Source of the DNA: an uncultured delta proteobacterium
GTDB taxonomy: Bacteria > Myxococcota_A > Polyangia > Fen-1088
Assembly: GCA_963737265.1 (NCBI GenBank)
Contig: CAVTRY010000021.1
Span: 96,001-160,000 of the forward strand
Direction: 5' to 3'
DNA length: 64,000 nucleotides
Shown here: in pieces, positions 9,234-20,945 of the stretch
Layout of the letters: each line of letters opens with the position of its first letter
Position numbering within the stretch: the first letter of the stretch is position 1
Position numbers and translations under genes: made by a program
The notes under the pieces: model-generated
What the model was told of the DNA's origin: nothing
Database searches by the model: none
The model's input: the letters and a program-made list of their open reading frames with translations, nothing else

Positions 9234-10910
9234 CTAAATCTTGAAGCGAGAAACGCGCTCTTTGAGCTGCTCGGCGAGGCCGGACAGCTCCGCGGAGCTC
9301 GCCTGGACCTGCCCGCTGCCCGTCACCAAATCCGACACCGTCGTGTTCACGGTGGCGATGTCCTTCGCGATAGTCTGCGAAACCGACGCGGTCTGCGCCA
9401 CGCGTTCGTTCGCGTCTTTCACGCCAGTCGTGGCCTGGGCGATGTTCGACGCCACGTCTTTGGTCACGCTGGACTGTTCTTCGATGGCCGCCGCGATGGA
9501 AGAAACGATGTCGCCGACTTCCTTGATGACCTGGGCGATCTTTTCGATATCGCCCATGGCACCGCCCGTCGAAGCCTGGATGCCTGAAATCTTGCTCTTG
9601 ATGTCCTCGGTCGCCGACGCCGTCTGCTGGGCCAGCTCTTTGATTTCGTTGGCCACCACCGCGAAGCCCTTGCCCGCGGCGCCGGCGCGCGCGGCTTCAA
9701 TCGTCGCATTGAGCGCCAGCAAGTTGGTTTGCGCGGAAATACTGGTGATGGTCTCGGTGACCTTGCCGATGTCCTGCGCTGCCCGTCCCAGCTCCTTCAT
9801 CATGGCCGAGATGGTCTCGGCCTGGCTGGTCGCCTCGCTGCTGATGGCGCGCGCCTTTTCGGCGTTGGAAGCGATTTCGCCCACGGTGGCGCTCATTTCC
9901 TCGGTCGCGCTCGCCACCGAAGTTAGGTTGGCCGTGGTCTGCTCCATGGCCGCGGCCACGGATGTCGTGTTGGCGCTGGATTCCTCGGCGGCTGCGGCCA
10001 CGGTGGTCGCCAGACCGGCGACCTCCTTGCTGCCCTTGGACAGTCCATCCGAAACCGAGGACATTTCCGTCGATGCGGCGGCCAGGGTCTGGGCGCCGCC
10101 GCCGACCTCGCCGACCATTTCGCGTAGGTTCTTGGTGAGATCCCGCGTGGCACGGGCCAGATCGCCGGTTTCGTCGCTGCGGGCCATTAACTCGGCCGAC
10201 ATTTCGGCCGTCAGATCGCCATTGGCAACCTCGGACAGCGTCTTCACCGTCGCATGAATCGGACCGGAGATGCTGCGCGTGATGGACACGCCGAAGAAAG
10301 TCGCCAGACCGAGCGCGAGCAGACCGACGGCTATCAGAATTCGACGGGTTGAAGTCAGGAAGGCCTGCGCCTTGTCCTGTGCCTCCTTGACTTCGTCGGT
10401 GGTAGCTTTCTTCAGTTCTTCACAGGCGCTGATGACCTTGTCCATCTTGGGCACGTTGACAGTGAGGTAAAGATTCGCGGCCTCGGCGTCCTGACCAGCC
10501 GCCGCAAATCTTCCAATCTTCTGATTCGTGTCCCGCGCTTCGGAGATCTGCTCCTCGACAGCACCTATCAACGCTTGATCCCTTGGGGTTGGGTTCGCCG
10601 CCTTAATTTCCTCCAGCCGTTTCAGATAGCGCTCACGCAGGGTCCGCGCCTCTTCGAGACGCTCTTCCTTTTGTGTCTTGTCCCGACTGAACACCGCGAC
10701 GCCCAGGTTGCGTCCAATCGCCTCCACATCCCGCTGAACTCCAGAGGCCAGATAGGCGCGTGTCTCGGTCTGGACGGCGACGCCATTCATGTCGTCAAGC
10801 GCGTTCTGCGCCCAGATCGAGACGCCGGTCATCCCCATCATCACCAGGGTGACGACCCCGAAACCAACCATCAGTCGCTTGCCAATCTTCATATTTGTCA
10901 GCACGTTCAT
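9234..10910 (-). CDS. Methyl-accepting chemotaxis protein (4HB sensor, HAMP)
   Basis: Two TM segments, HAMP (DETGDLA), signalling tip [33 protein letters not shown]. Confidence 0.95.
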   Translation of the reverse strand: MNVLTNMKIGKRLMVGFGVVTLVMMGMTGVSIWAQNALDDMNGVAVQTETRAYLASGVQRDVEAIGRNLGVAVFSRDKTQKEERLEEARTLRERYLKRLEEIKAANPTPRDQALIGAVEEQISEARDTNQKIGRFAAAGQDAEAANLYLTVNVPKMDKVISACEELKKATTDEVKEAQDKAQAFLTSTRRILIAVGLLALGLATFFGVSITRSISGPIHATVKTLSEVANGDLTAEMSAELMARSDETGDLARATRDLTKNLREMVGEVGGGAQTLAAASTEMSSVSDGLSKGSKEVAGLATTVAAAAEESSANTTSVAAAMEQTTANLTSVASATEEMSATVGEIASNAEKARAISSEATSQAETISAMMKELGRAAQDIGKVTETITSISAQTNLLALNATIEAARAGAAGKGFAVVANEIKELAQQTASATEDIKSKISGIQASTGGAMGDIEKIAQVIKEVGDIVSSIAAAIEEQSSVTKDVASNIAQATTGVKDANERVAQTASVSQTIAKDIATVNTTVSDLVTGSGQVQASSAELSGLAEQLKERVSRFKI

Positions 10911-10933
10911 GGTCTTCCCTCTTCTCTCGGCTC

Positions 10934-13900
10934 CTAGGCCCCTGCTTGCAGCTCCTCGGCACCCACCGCTCCGGCACTCGGCCCACCCCGGCGCGCCAAA
11001 AGTGCCTGCAGCGCTTCGAGCAAGTGGTCGCGGTCCAACTTGATTTGGTACTCATCCACGCCCGCTGCCTTGCCCTTGGCGATGTCCTCTTCGCTGGCCA
11101 GGCTGGTCAGCGCGATAATGGGCAGATGACTTGCCCGCGCGTCCTGGCGCACGCGCGCGGCGAGTCCCAGGCCGGTCAGGTTCGGCATCTCGATGTCGGT
11201 CACGATGGCTTGGACGGTGTCGGCATTCTCTTGCAGAAGCTTCCACGCCACCTCGCCATCTTCCGCTTCGAGGACCGTGTATCCGCCCGATTCGAGGTAA
11301 CGTTTCACCTGCGCGCGAAAGAAATCCGAGTCCTCGGCCAGCAAGACTTGACGACCCGAGGTTGTCGTCTCGGACTTTTCGGCTACCCGTTGCAGATTCC
11401 ACTCGGGGTAGACCGTCTGGGCGATCTCGAAGATGTCCGCGACGAGCACCGTGGTATCGCGAATGATGGTCGACCCAACGATGCCGGTTTGACGGTGGGT
11501 CACGCCATCGATGATGGCCTTGGAGTCGATCACGTCCACCGGCATGGCGGCAAGCAGTCCAACCTCGCGATCGCCGACCTTGGCCACGATCACCGCAAGG
11601 TCCTGGTCGTCCGCGATGCTGCCCACGCGCGCGACATCCGAAAGCGTGACCAGGGGCAGGAACGCTCCCCGGTATTGCATGGTGCGTTTGCCGCCGATGT
11701 TCTCGACCTGCTTGGGCGTCGCCTTCTCGACGCGAACCACGCTATCGAGCGGCGTCGCGCACAGCTCGTGGCTGGCGTTGTAGAAGAGCAAGTACGACCG
11801 ATTCTCGACCAGCTTGTCGGTCTCGCTTTCCAGCTCTGCCGCGCGGGCCGCGCCGGCCGCATTCACGAGCTGCGCCTTGCCCGCCAAGCCCGCAACGTCC
11901 ACGATGAGCGCCACCGTGCCGTCGCCCATGATGGTGGCCCCGGCATACTCGGGCAATCCCTTGAGATGGCGACCGAGGGGTTTGACGACGATTTCCTCGC
12001 CGGTGTGGAAAGAATCCACCACCAACCCGTACTTCATGGCACCCATGGTGACCACGACGATCTCCATGTCGCTGTTCGCGCTCTGCCTGCGATCGCCGAC
12101 TTGGCGTGGCGAACCGCATTTTTCGCCGGCGTCCCCATCCTCCGCGTGCATGGCGGCGCCACGCACCGGCGAGCGGCGATCGGCCAGACGGGCGCGCCGG
12201 TCGGGGCTGCTTTCGCCCGTGTGGGGATCGCCGTACTCTCTGACGATGCCAAGCACATCGGCGAAACGCACGATGGGAATCAGTTCGTCGCGCAACACCA
12301 GCACCTCGGCATCGCCGATGATCTCGATGCGCTCCTTGATCTTCTCGGCGCGAATGCGCAGAAGCTCGACCACGCTGATTTGCGGGATGGCGAAGCGTTC
12401 GTTGTTCACGCTGACCACCAGCGACGGGATGATGGCCAGGGTCAGCGGCAACTTGATGCGGAAGAGCGTGCCCTGCCCCACCTCGGACTCAATTTCGATT
12501 TTTCCGCCCAAGCGCGTGAGGTTGGTCTTGACCACGTCCATGCCGACGCCGCGGCCCGAAACATCGGTCACCTTCTCGGCCGTGGACAGTCCGGGCAAGA
12601 AGATGAGCATCATCTTCTCTTGGTCCGTCATCGCCTGCAGCGCCTCTTGCGACATCAGCCCGCGGGCGAGCGCGGCAGCGGCGATCTTGTTGGGATCGAT
12701 TCCCTTTCCGTCGTCCGCGATTTCGACGACGACCTGCCCTGCTTCGTGCCGGGCCTCGATGCGCATGGTGCCGCTCGGGCGCTTGCCCAGGCGCGAGCGC
12801 TCGTCGGTGCTTTCGATGCCGTGGTCGGCGGCGTTGCGAACCATGTGGGTCAGCGGATCGGACAGTCCCTCGATGAGGCTCTTGTCGAGACCGACATCCT
12901 TGCCGCGAATATCGAGCTGGATATCTTTCTTTAGGGAATGCGCCATGTCGCGCACGACCCGGGGAAACTTGGCGAACACATTCCCGATGGGCTGCATGCG
13001 CGTCTGCATGATCGCGTCCTGGAGCTCGGACGTAACCAGGTTGATGCGCTGGAAGCTGGCCTGAACGCCCCGGAACGCGGACTGCGCGAGCACCGCGCGC
13101 AGCTGATTGCGGCTCAGCACCAACTCGCCCGCCAGATTCATCAGCGATTCAAGCAGGCCGACGCTGACGCGCAAGGTGCCCTCCGCCGCGACACCGCCCT
13201 CCTTTTCCTTGCCGGCAGTGGATGACGACCCGCTGGTTGGCCGCGGCGACACGGTTGCCGCTTTTGCAACCGGGGCTTTGGCCTGTGCGAGTGGAGGCGC
13301 GGGTGAGGCATCGGCGGGCATTGCCGGGCGGCCGACTGGCGCGACGGCGACCTCGGGGCTGTTCATCAGCCTGACCTTGCTCGCCTCCAGCACGAAGGGC
13401 TCCGCGCCAGGGTCGATTCTTGTCTTGCTGGCATAGACGATTCTCGTCGGCAGGCGTTTCCCGCCTGGGGATTCGAGGCTCCCCGCGGCCTCGATGGCCA
13501 CGTTGCAATCCAAGATTTCGCCGGCCCCTTTTAGGCCGCGAAAGAAGTCGGTCAAGTCGCGACCTCGCTCTTCCACGTCAGCGCACAGGTCGACTTCCAT
13601 TTGGTAGATGAACTTCGCGCCTTCCGCTTCGACCGCGGGTGGCGGATCAGGCGAAACATCTTGTAGCACCGCCTGCAGCTCGGTGCCGGTCGCGGTCACC
13701 ATCGTCGTCACAGCGGTCGGATGGACTGGCGCCTGGGCGGTCGCGGCCAAATCGGTCAAGCTGGCGAGGAAGGTGTCGGTATCCACCGTCTCGCTGCGAG
13801 TCGGATCGTTCACCATCTCGCGCAACTTGTCGAAGGCGCCCAGAAGCAGATTCGTGATCTCCGCGTTCGGTCCGAGCTTGCGCGAGCGAATGAGATCCAG

Positions 13901-14122
13901 CACGGTTTCGGCCTTGTGGGCCAGTTCCTTGATGCGATTCAGCCCGAAGAACCCGCTGGCGCCCTTGATCGAGTGAGCCGCGCGGAAGACCTTGTTGACC
14001 AGGTCTTCGTCGATGTCGACGCCCGCTTCCTCGATGGAAAGAAGATCGGCTTCGATCGTCGCCAGGTGTTCGCGCGCTTCGGCGACGAACTCAGCCAGAA
14101 TGTCATCGTCCATCTGTCCCAT
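10934..14122 (-). CDS. cheA: Hybrid CheA (Hpt-dimer-HATPase-2xCheW-REC)
   Basis: [31 protein letters not shown], two CheW-like domains, C-terminal REC (AEDS, TDIEMP). Confidence 0.95.
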   Translation of the reverse strand: MGQMDDDILAEFVAEAREHLATIEADLLSIEEAGVDIDEDLVNKVFRAAHSIKGASGFFGLNRIKELAHKAETVLDLIRSRKLGPNAEITNLLLGAFDKLREMVNDPTRSETVDTDTFLASLTDLAATAQAPVHPTAVTTMVTATGTELQAVLQDVSPDPPPAVEAEGAKFIYQMEVDLCADVEERGRDLTDFFRGLKGAGEILDCNVAIEAAGSLESPGGKRLPTRIVYASKTRIDPGAEPFVLEASKVRLMNSPEVAVAPVGRPAMPADASPAPPLAQAKAPVAKAATVSPRPTSGSSSTAGKEKEGGVAAEGTLRVSVGLLESLMNLAGELVLSRNQLRAVLAQSAFRGVQASFQRINLVTSELQDAIMQTRMQPIGNVFAKFPRVVRDMAHSLKKDIQLDIRGKDVGLDKSLIEGLSDPLTHMVRNAADHGIESTDERSRLGKRPSGTMRIEARHEAGQVVVEIADDGKGIDPNKIAAAALARGLMSQEALQAMTDQEKMMLIFLPGLSTAEKVTDVSGRGVGMDVVKTNLTRLGGKIEIESEVGQGTLFRIKLPLTLAIIPSLVVSVNNERFAIPQISVVELLRIRAEKIKERIEIIGDAEVLVLRDELIPIVRFADVLGIVREYGDPHTGESSPDRRARLADRRSPVRGAAMHAEDGDAGEKCGSPRQVGDRRQSANSDMEIVVVTMGAMKYGLVVDSFHTGEEIVVKPLGRHLKGLPEYAGATIMGDGTVALIVDVAGLAGKAQLVNAAGAARAAELESETDKLVENRSYLLFYNASHELCATPLDSVVRVEKATPKQVENIGGKRTMQYRGAFLPLVTLSDVARVGSIADDQDLAVIVAKVGDREVGLLAAMPVDVIDSKAIIDGVTHRQTGIVGSTIIRDTTVLVADIFEIAQTVYPEWNLQRVAEKSETTTSGRQVLLAEDSDFFRAQVKRYLESGGYTVLEAEDGEVAWKLLQENADTVQAIVTDIEMPNLTGLGLAARVRQDARASHLPIIALTSLASEEDIAKGKAAGVDEYQIKLDRDHLLEALQALLARRGGPSAGAVGAEELQAGA

Positions 14123-14128
14123 GACGAA

Positions 14129-14437
14129 TTACCCGATTTGCGCGCCCAAGCGCTCGGCCAGTCGGAGCGTTTCAAGCAGCGAGAAAACCTCGCGCGGAAC
14201 GCGAACCAACTTCAGTGATTTGCCACTCGCAAAGCTGCTATACGCCGCCAACAACAAGAGAATGCCGGCGCCATCCACGAGCCCGGTCTGGGAAAAATCC
14301 AGTACCAAGTCGTTCACCCCGTCTTCCTGAATCGCGCACAAAAGGTCCCGCAATTCCGGGACGACCGCGGCCGAAAGCTCGCCACCAACGACAACCTTGA
14401 CCTTGGAGCCTTCACGCTCGAGCACGAAGTCACTCAT
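14129..14437 (-). CDS. STAS domain protein, first gene of che operon
   Basis: GEL...LVLDFSQTGLVDGAGI.LL STAS pattern; the usual phospho-Ser position (DSxG) is Gly. Confidence 0.8.
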   Translation of the reverse strand: MSDFVLEREGSKVKVVVGGELSAAVVPELRDLLCAIQEDGVNDLVLDFSQTGLVDGAGILLLLAAYSSFASGKSLKLVRVPREVFSLLETLRLAERLGAQIG

Positions 14438-14498
14438 GGCGTTTCCCTTGGGACTTGCCTTGATGACGAAGGGAACAACGAATGCGACACCCTACTTC

Positions 14499-14525
14499 TC
14501 ATCGGAATGCGGACAGAATCCTTAA
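14499..14525 (-). promoter_or_regulatory. Sigma28/FliA-like promoter for the STAS-cheA operon
   Basis: Minus strand TTAAG-14 nt-TCCGATGA versus consensus TAAA-N15-GCCGATAA. Confidence 0.55.
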
Positions 14526-14570
14526 GCAATTCCGGTCGCGGAGGATTTCACCGAAGAAGAAATGGGCAGC

Positions 14571-14598
14571 TTAAGTTCTGGAAACTCGCTTCCGATGC
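14571..14598 (+). promoter_or_regulatory. Divergent sigma28-like promoter
   Basis: TTAAG-15 nt-TCCGATGC, same motif as the opposite-strand copy, upstream of the cheX/cheY remnants. Confidence 0.5.
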
Positions 14599-14673
14599 TA
14601 GTTCCATTCCAGAGGCCATGCACGGAGGCCGGTCATGGCTGGAACCACCTCAGTTCGCCTGACAGAGGACACC

Positions 14674-14985
14674 ATGCAAGGGAAATCCGCGAAGAAGCGT
14701 CTGACTGGAATCCTTGCGGTGTCTCTTCGGGAGCTCATGGACGAGAGTGCCGCTGGCGCACGGAATTGAGCGAAGCACTTGCCGCGTCCATCGGATTCGA
14801 TGGCGAAGACCTGCGCGGCGCGTTTACTGGCTTGAGCTCGACATCGGGCCAGGTTTCAAACTTGCCGACCAACCGGTCTGCGTGAACGAGCCGGGCCTCC
14901 CCGAGGGCAGTCTAGTCCTGTTTCTAGAGGCGAATGACCCACGATGAAAGCGGCGACCGTTCTGGTCGTCGATGACGCGACTTCG
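14674..14985 (+). pseudogene. Degraded cheX-like gene plus 5' stub of cheY
   Basis: GAGGA RBS + ATG 14674; fragments LAASIGFDGEDLRG and GLPEGSLVLF in different frames; ATGA-coupled MKAATVLVVDDAT at 14944, then similarity is lost. Confidence 0.5.
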
Positions 14986-15036
14986 CCCCGACAAAGCGGT
15001 GGCCGCTTTGCGCTGCGAAGCTGCAGCCGGTGCCCC

Positions 15037-16161
15037 TCACGCTGCCTGCGCGCGAGCTTCGTCCACCGTTGTGAAACAGCGGAGATCCTTGGTTTCCTGG
15101 AAGCCCCGCAACGCCTTGGGAAATTCGGGCGAGGCGACAACCTTGACGGTGATGCCGAGATCGGCTGCCGTTTTGAAGGTATCGACGAGGAACTGGGCCA
15201 CGCGCGCCGGCTGCTGTAGCGGCAAATGGGTGGCATCAATGACCGCGTTTTCGAAGCAAGCCTCGCCCAGTTTCTGCACCACGGACTTCACGTCCACCAC
15301 CAGCTTGGTGAAGTAGCGTTCCAGCCGGTCTTCCTTGCCAGCGAAGGGCGAAATCTGAATCAGGTCCTCCTTGGTCACGAACAGGTTTTCGTTCTTGGCC
15401 GAGTATTGCTCGACGAGGGCATCGATGGATTCCTGCGTGAATGGCTTGAGCATGGCATCGTCGAAGCCGAGATCGCGCATTTCCTTCGCGACGTTGTTTG
15501 CGCTACGTAAGGCCATGCCCCAAATACCGGCCCCGGGTTGAAGCAGACGCAATTGCTTGACGAGCGGCGCAGGGCCACCTGCCTGAATCTCGGCGTCCAC
15601 AAGAATCACGCGGAACTTCTTTCCGCGCGAAACCGTCAGCCCATCCTGAACCGTCAAAGCGGTCTCCAACGTGATGGCCTCGGGCATCATGGTACGCAGC
15701 TTCTTGTGCACGTTCTCCATGTCGTCGATAACGAGAATCATGAGTTTGCCGTCGGCCGCGTCCGCCGTCCCCGCGCCCACTTTCTGCGCGACGTAGTCCG
15801 CCGGCAACTTAAGGGCCTTGAGCACCTTGGCGCGCAACTCGTCGCCCTTGAAGGGCTTGAGCACATAATCCTGAATGCCGAGCTTCATCAGCGCGGCGAT
15901 GATCGACGTTTTCGATTCAGACGTGAGCATGAGGACCGGGGTCTTGTCGCCGCCCTCGCGCATCTTGGCCAGCATGCCCGGCCCATCGAGGTTCGGCATG
16001 GTGACGTCGAGGACAACCAAGTCGTAGCTGCCCTCTTGCAGCTTCTTGAGGCCATCGTTCCCATCCTCGGCCTCGCCGACTTCGAACCCCATTTCGACCA
16101 ACGCCTTGGACACGATCATGCGAATAGGCCGACTATCGTCCACCGTCAAAATTCGCGGCAT
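15037..16161 (-). CDS. Response regulator with two REC domains and an uncharacterised C-terminal domain
   Basis: MPRILTVDDS...LDVTMP...KPF and second ILVIDD...LVD...KPF; AGGAG RBS upstream of 16161. Confidence 0.85.
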   Translation of the reverse strand: MPRILTVDDSRPIRMIVSKALVEMGFEVGEAEDGNDGLKKLQEGSYDLVVLDVTMPNLDGPGMLAKMREGGDKTPVLMLTSESKTSIIAALMKLGIQDYVLKPFKGDELRAKVLKALKLPADYVAQKVGAGTADAADGKLMILVIDDMENVHKKLRTMMPEAITLETALTVQDGLTVSRGKKFRVILVDAEIQAGGPAPLVKQLRLLQPGAGIWGMALRSANNVAKEMRDLGFDDAMLKPFTQESIDALVEQYSAKNENLFVTKEDLIQISPFAGKEDRLERYFTKLVVDVKSVVQKLGEACFENAVIDATHLPLQQPARVAQFLVDTFKTAADLGITVKVVASPEFPKALRGFQETKDLRCFTTVDEARAQAA

Positions 16162-16200
16162 TACATTGCTCCTTGTCAATCAACCGTTGCAATAGTCCAG

Positions 16201-16671
16201 CTAGGCGGCCTTGGCGTTCCACTTGAGGTGTCCGTCGCACGCCCACAGCGCAATCCCCACCTCGCGCGCGACCAGCACGAGGGCCGGGTGCTGGCGTGCG
16301 ATTTCTTCCAGCGCTTCCTTGTGATCGACAATCAAAGGCACACTAAGGGCCTGGTCGAGTGCCATTTCCCGTTTGAGCAGGCCAGCGGTCATGTTGACCA
16401 GCTCGCGAAGCGCATCGTTGACCATGCTGACGTCGACGCCCTCGGCTTTGCAGCCGAACATCGCCGCGGTCAGCATGGAGCATCCCGCCTCGTCGGAGGA
16501 CAGGCCGACGCTCACCGGCCGGGGTCCGGCAACCAGCATGATGGCCGTCCTCCAGTTCAGCGCGGGGTGAGCGGCCACACTTATGGCTGGCGCGAACGAG
16601 ATCCCCAACATGGTTTCGGTGACGTTGGAGACCAGGGCGGCCAACCTTTCGGCTTTGGGCATAGGCTTCAT
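16201..16671 (-). CDS. cheX: CheX-like phosphatase
   Basis: DALRELVNMTAG (ExxN) and LSVP motifs. Confidence 0.75.
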   Translation of the reverse strand: MKPMPKAERLAALVSNVTETMLGISFAPAISVAAHPALNWRTAIMLVAGPRPVSVGLSSDEAGCSMLTAAMFGCKAEGVDVSMVNDALRELVNMTAGLLKREMALDQALSVPLIVDHKEALEEIARQHPALVLVAREVGIALWACDGHLKWNAKAA

Positions 16672-16685
16672 GGTGTTTCACTCCT

Positions 16686-18243
<1,558 letters not shown>

Positions 18244-18247
<4 letters not shown>

Positions 18248-18723
18248 AGCTCGGTCTCCTCGCCCACGGAATTGATGGTGCAACGGCCACCCGGTAGGAA
18301 TAGCCGCGCAGTCCGCGATTTCGCGCCGCCGACATCCTCAGCGGCGATCATCACACCCACCTTCCAGAACATCTTGCGAAGGATGGTGTAATTGCGTTGT
18401 CCAATGGCAAAGCGTCCACCGTCGTCGTACAAAGCTCCGCCGCCGGCCACCTTGACGACCAGATCCGGCTTCTTGCACCCGATTTCGTACATGCCATGAA
18501 ACAGCAAAGGGATCCCCGTGTCGGCGAACATGGCCGGTCGTTCCTTGGCCTTTTCGGGCGATGTCTCGCTTAGCGGAAGCATGTAATGAATCATTCCACC
18601 GGCTTTGCGAACCGGATCGTAGACAATGACGGCGATGCATGAACCGAGGGCATAGGTAACCAATACTGCGTCTGGATCGGCCGTGATCTTGAGGTCCGCA
18701 ATGTCCACCTTGACCAGATTCAA
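18244..18723 (-). CDS. cheD: Chemoreceptor glutamine deamidase CheD
   Basis: TYALGSCIAV, GGMIHYMLP, FADTGI, KVAGG, EDVGG..SRT; TTG start with GGAG RBS. Confidence 0.9.
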
Positions 18724-18729
18724 AGCGCG

Positions 18730-19222
18730 ACTCCGGGGCCTTCCTCGAAATGCAGGAAGACAGAGGGTTTCAGCATACGCAAGGACGTGCGCACGCCGCT
18801 CAGCGCCTCGGCGTGGCCAATGATAGTCGAGGAAGTTGACGACCTCTTCGGCGTTCGCCCGATTGTCAAGATAGGCTAGATACTCTCTCTCTGTCGCCAA
18901 CCCGAGCGCCCGCATGCGCTTGCCCACGCGTGCCTCGACCAGGGCTTCCTTGCTGTCACCGAGCGTGATGCCCAGGGCCAACGCATCTAAATTGTAAGTG
19001 ATCTTGCGGAGATGCCGATAGTTATGCCGGTCTCCGCGCCCGTGCGCGCTGCCGAACCTGCCTGCACACCGGCGCGCGCACCGACCCCAGGGGAAAACCT
19101 TCCAGAAATGGCCGAGACTCTGATGGATCCTGCGTCGATGTAGGATGATGCGATGGCCCTGGCGTGATGCCCGCTTGTTCATAAGCGATGCCGCAGAATC
19201 GGTGAAAGGTCGCAGCGTCCAC
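18730..19222 (-). pseudogene. cheR remnant(s), N-terminal fragments only
   Basis: MDAATFHRFCGIAYEQAGIT and GITLGDSKEALVEARVGKRMRALGL...YL..L...EEVVNFLD in different frames; SAM-binding core absent. Confidence 0.7.
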
Positions 19223-19335
19223 GGATGATCCTCGAAAAATACCGCCTTGGAGAAAGGGGCCTCGGGGATGCCCAAAACGTCACACCCCCGAGGCCAGGCA
19301 ATAGCTAGCTAGTCTAGTGGTAGGCTAGAAGACCC

Positions 19336-19480
19336 TTAGAAATCCTTGAACGACGCGCCGTCGTCTTCGAGGGGAATCACATCCTGCGGCCGTTGCGACG
19401 ACCCATTCTTGCCGTTACCTGGCGTCGCATGAGGCGACTTGGCCGCCGAAGCGAGCTCCTCGACATCGAGCTTGACCCTA
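19336..19480 (-). pseudogene. 3' remnant of an MCP with a CheR-tethering pentapeptide
   Basis: Minus strand reads ...KNGSSQRPQDVIPLEDDGASFKDF-stop (TAA 19336-19338), an NWETF-like xFxxF tail; the rest of the gene is missing. Confidence 0.65.
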
Positions 19481-20012
19481 CAGCCGTCCACGATACGCAC
19501 CTCTGTTCATGAGAACGCTGCGGCCTTTGTTCAATCGTTGACAACGCAGCACAGCCCCCAACCTATCGACGTATCGACAAAACGCTTGAGAGGGAATCGA
19601 CAAGAGCGTCGACAAAACCACGACTCCGACACGGCAACCCGCGTTTGCCTGCGAGGCGTTCAGCGACGGGGCTGGCCGTCTGCGATGAAGCGACGGCACG
19701 GGCGCCCGCGGGGCCGGCGCACGGCCACCGCGGTTATGTCCTTGTCCTATCGGACCAGTCGGGAAATGGTTGCCTGGAAAAGTACCCTGGGCATCGTAAA
19801 GAGGTGGCGGCCAAGACTCATCATCCCGGCCGTGGACACCGTAGCGGGCGGCTCCACGCGCCTCCTCGAAGGTTCCCGCTCGCCCATTCACACCGCTTTC
19901 GTGGCCTCCATCGAGCGCGCCGTCGTCCCCGGTCGCTCTCCGATGCAGCGCCGATGTCGGGTTCGGGCTCGAAAGTGGGCAGGCGGAAATAGACTGCGCG
20001 CATGGTGAGCAG

Positions 20013-20591
20013 GGGTGCTTCCCTGAAATGGGGGCTGTGGCTTCACCTCGCCCCGCGCAGGTGGGATCGGAGGGAAAAACAGGGAGGAACGGAGGACCAG
20101 AGGAATCACGGGTTGGGTTGACGAGGCGGCGGAGACCCTCGCGAAGTACGGGGACGTGGAAATTGACGAGCAGGCCCACCGGCAGTCGTAGGAGCTTGAG
20201 ATAGGTAATGACCTGTGCCAAGTGGACAGGAAGCAACTGCTCTACCGCCTTGACTTCGACGACCAAACGGCCTTCCACCATGAGGTCGAGGCGATAGCCG
20301 CAGTCGAGGTCAATGCCTTTGTACTGCAGAGGAATCGCGACCTGACGTTGCGTGCGAAATCCACGCAGGCCTAGCTCGCGCGCCAGGCAGTGCTCGTAGG
20401 CCGACTCAAGCAGCCCGGGACCGAGGTGACGGTGGACTTCGATGCAGGCGGCGATAATTTGCCCAGTAAAGTCATCCTGTCTCTGTTTCTCCGTTCCTCG
20501 CTATTCCATATCTGCGTTTTCGGCGGCACTCCGCCAGAAGTTGCTACCTCACCGAGCCCCCGGCTGGGGCCCCCGTTTCAGGGAGGCACCC
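20013..20591 (-). mobile_element. GxxExxY-carrying TIR element, copy 1 (579 bp)
   Basis: Left TIR GGGTGCTTCCCTGAAATGGGGGC, right TIR GCCCCCGTTTCAGGGAGGCACCC; TGGTGAGCAG duplicated at 20003-20012 and 20592-20601. Confidence 0.92.
20110..20509 (-). pseudogene. GxxExxY protein, copy 1 (TAG at codon 3)
   Basis: EVHRHLGPGLLESAYE, YRLDLMVE..LVVEVK, QVITYLK, GLLVNF; ATG GAA TAG where copy 2 has ATG GAA CAG; no in-frame stop at the 3' end inside the element. Confidence 0.85.
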
Positions 20592-20945
20592 TGGTGAGCA
20601 GCACGAGCTTCTCAATGCGGTCGAGGTCGTGTAAGCTGAACGCCAAGGCGGTGGTGGCCTTGACCAAAGCCTCGCTGGGGTAGTCGAGATAGAGGCCATG
20701 AAGCCTGCACAATCCGCACGCCCAGAAGTACGAAGTCGTCATGAAACAATCCCAACGACTATCTGGGAGGATCGCCGGCTGCGCCAAACTCGACTTGCCC
20801 ATGAGCCAGCGCCTCCGGCCCCGGAGCTGTCCGGCGCGTGCAGGACGGCTGATCGCTCTTGCTGTTGGCCGGGAAAGAATCCATGTTCGTCAGAATCTTC
20901 ACCCTCATCCATCTGAAAACCCACTCACGATTGAAAGAGGCAGCA

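Larger units (their letters stand above)
19528..20720 (-). mobile_element. IS21-like remnant (element end plus istA C-terminal fragment), interrupted by GxxExxY element copy 1
   Basis: TG-starting end with repeated T(C/T)GACAA motifs at 19538-19615; joined frame LCRLHGLYLDYPSEALVKA...LHDLDRIEKLVLLTMRAVYFRLP resembles IstA C-termini as I recall them. Confidence 0.5.

Noticed and set aside
19255-19298. GGCCTCGGGG/CCCCGAGGCC hairpin as a c-di-GMP riboswitch
   Set aside because: Only a simple stem; the GGCAAA/GAAA/GCAAAG elements are absent.
19478-20281. 267-aa ORF as a novel long GxxExxY protein
   Set aside because: It is the C-terminal half of copy 1 reading through the TIR into unrelated DNA.
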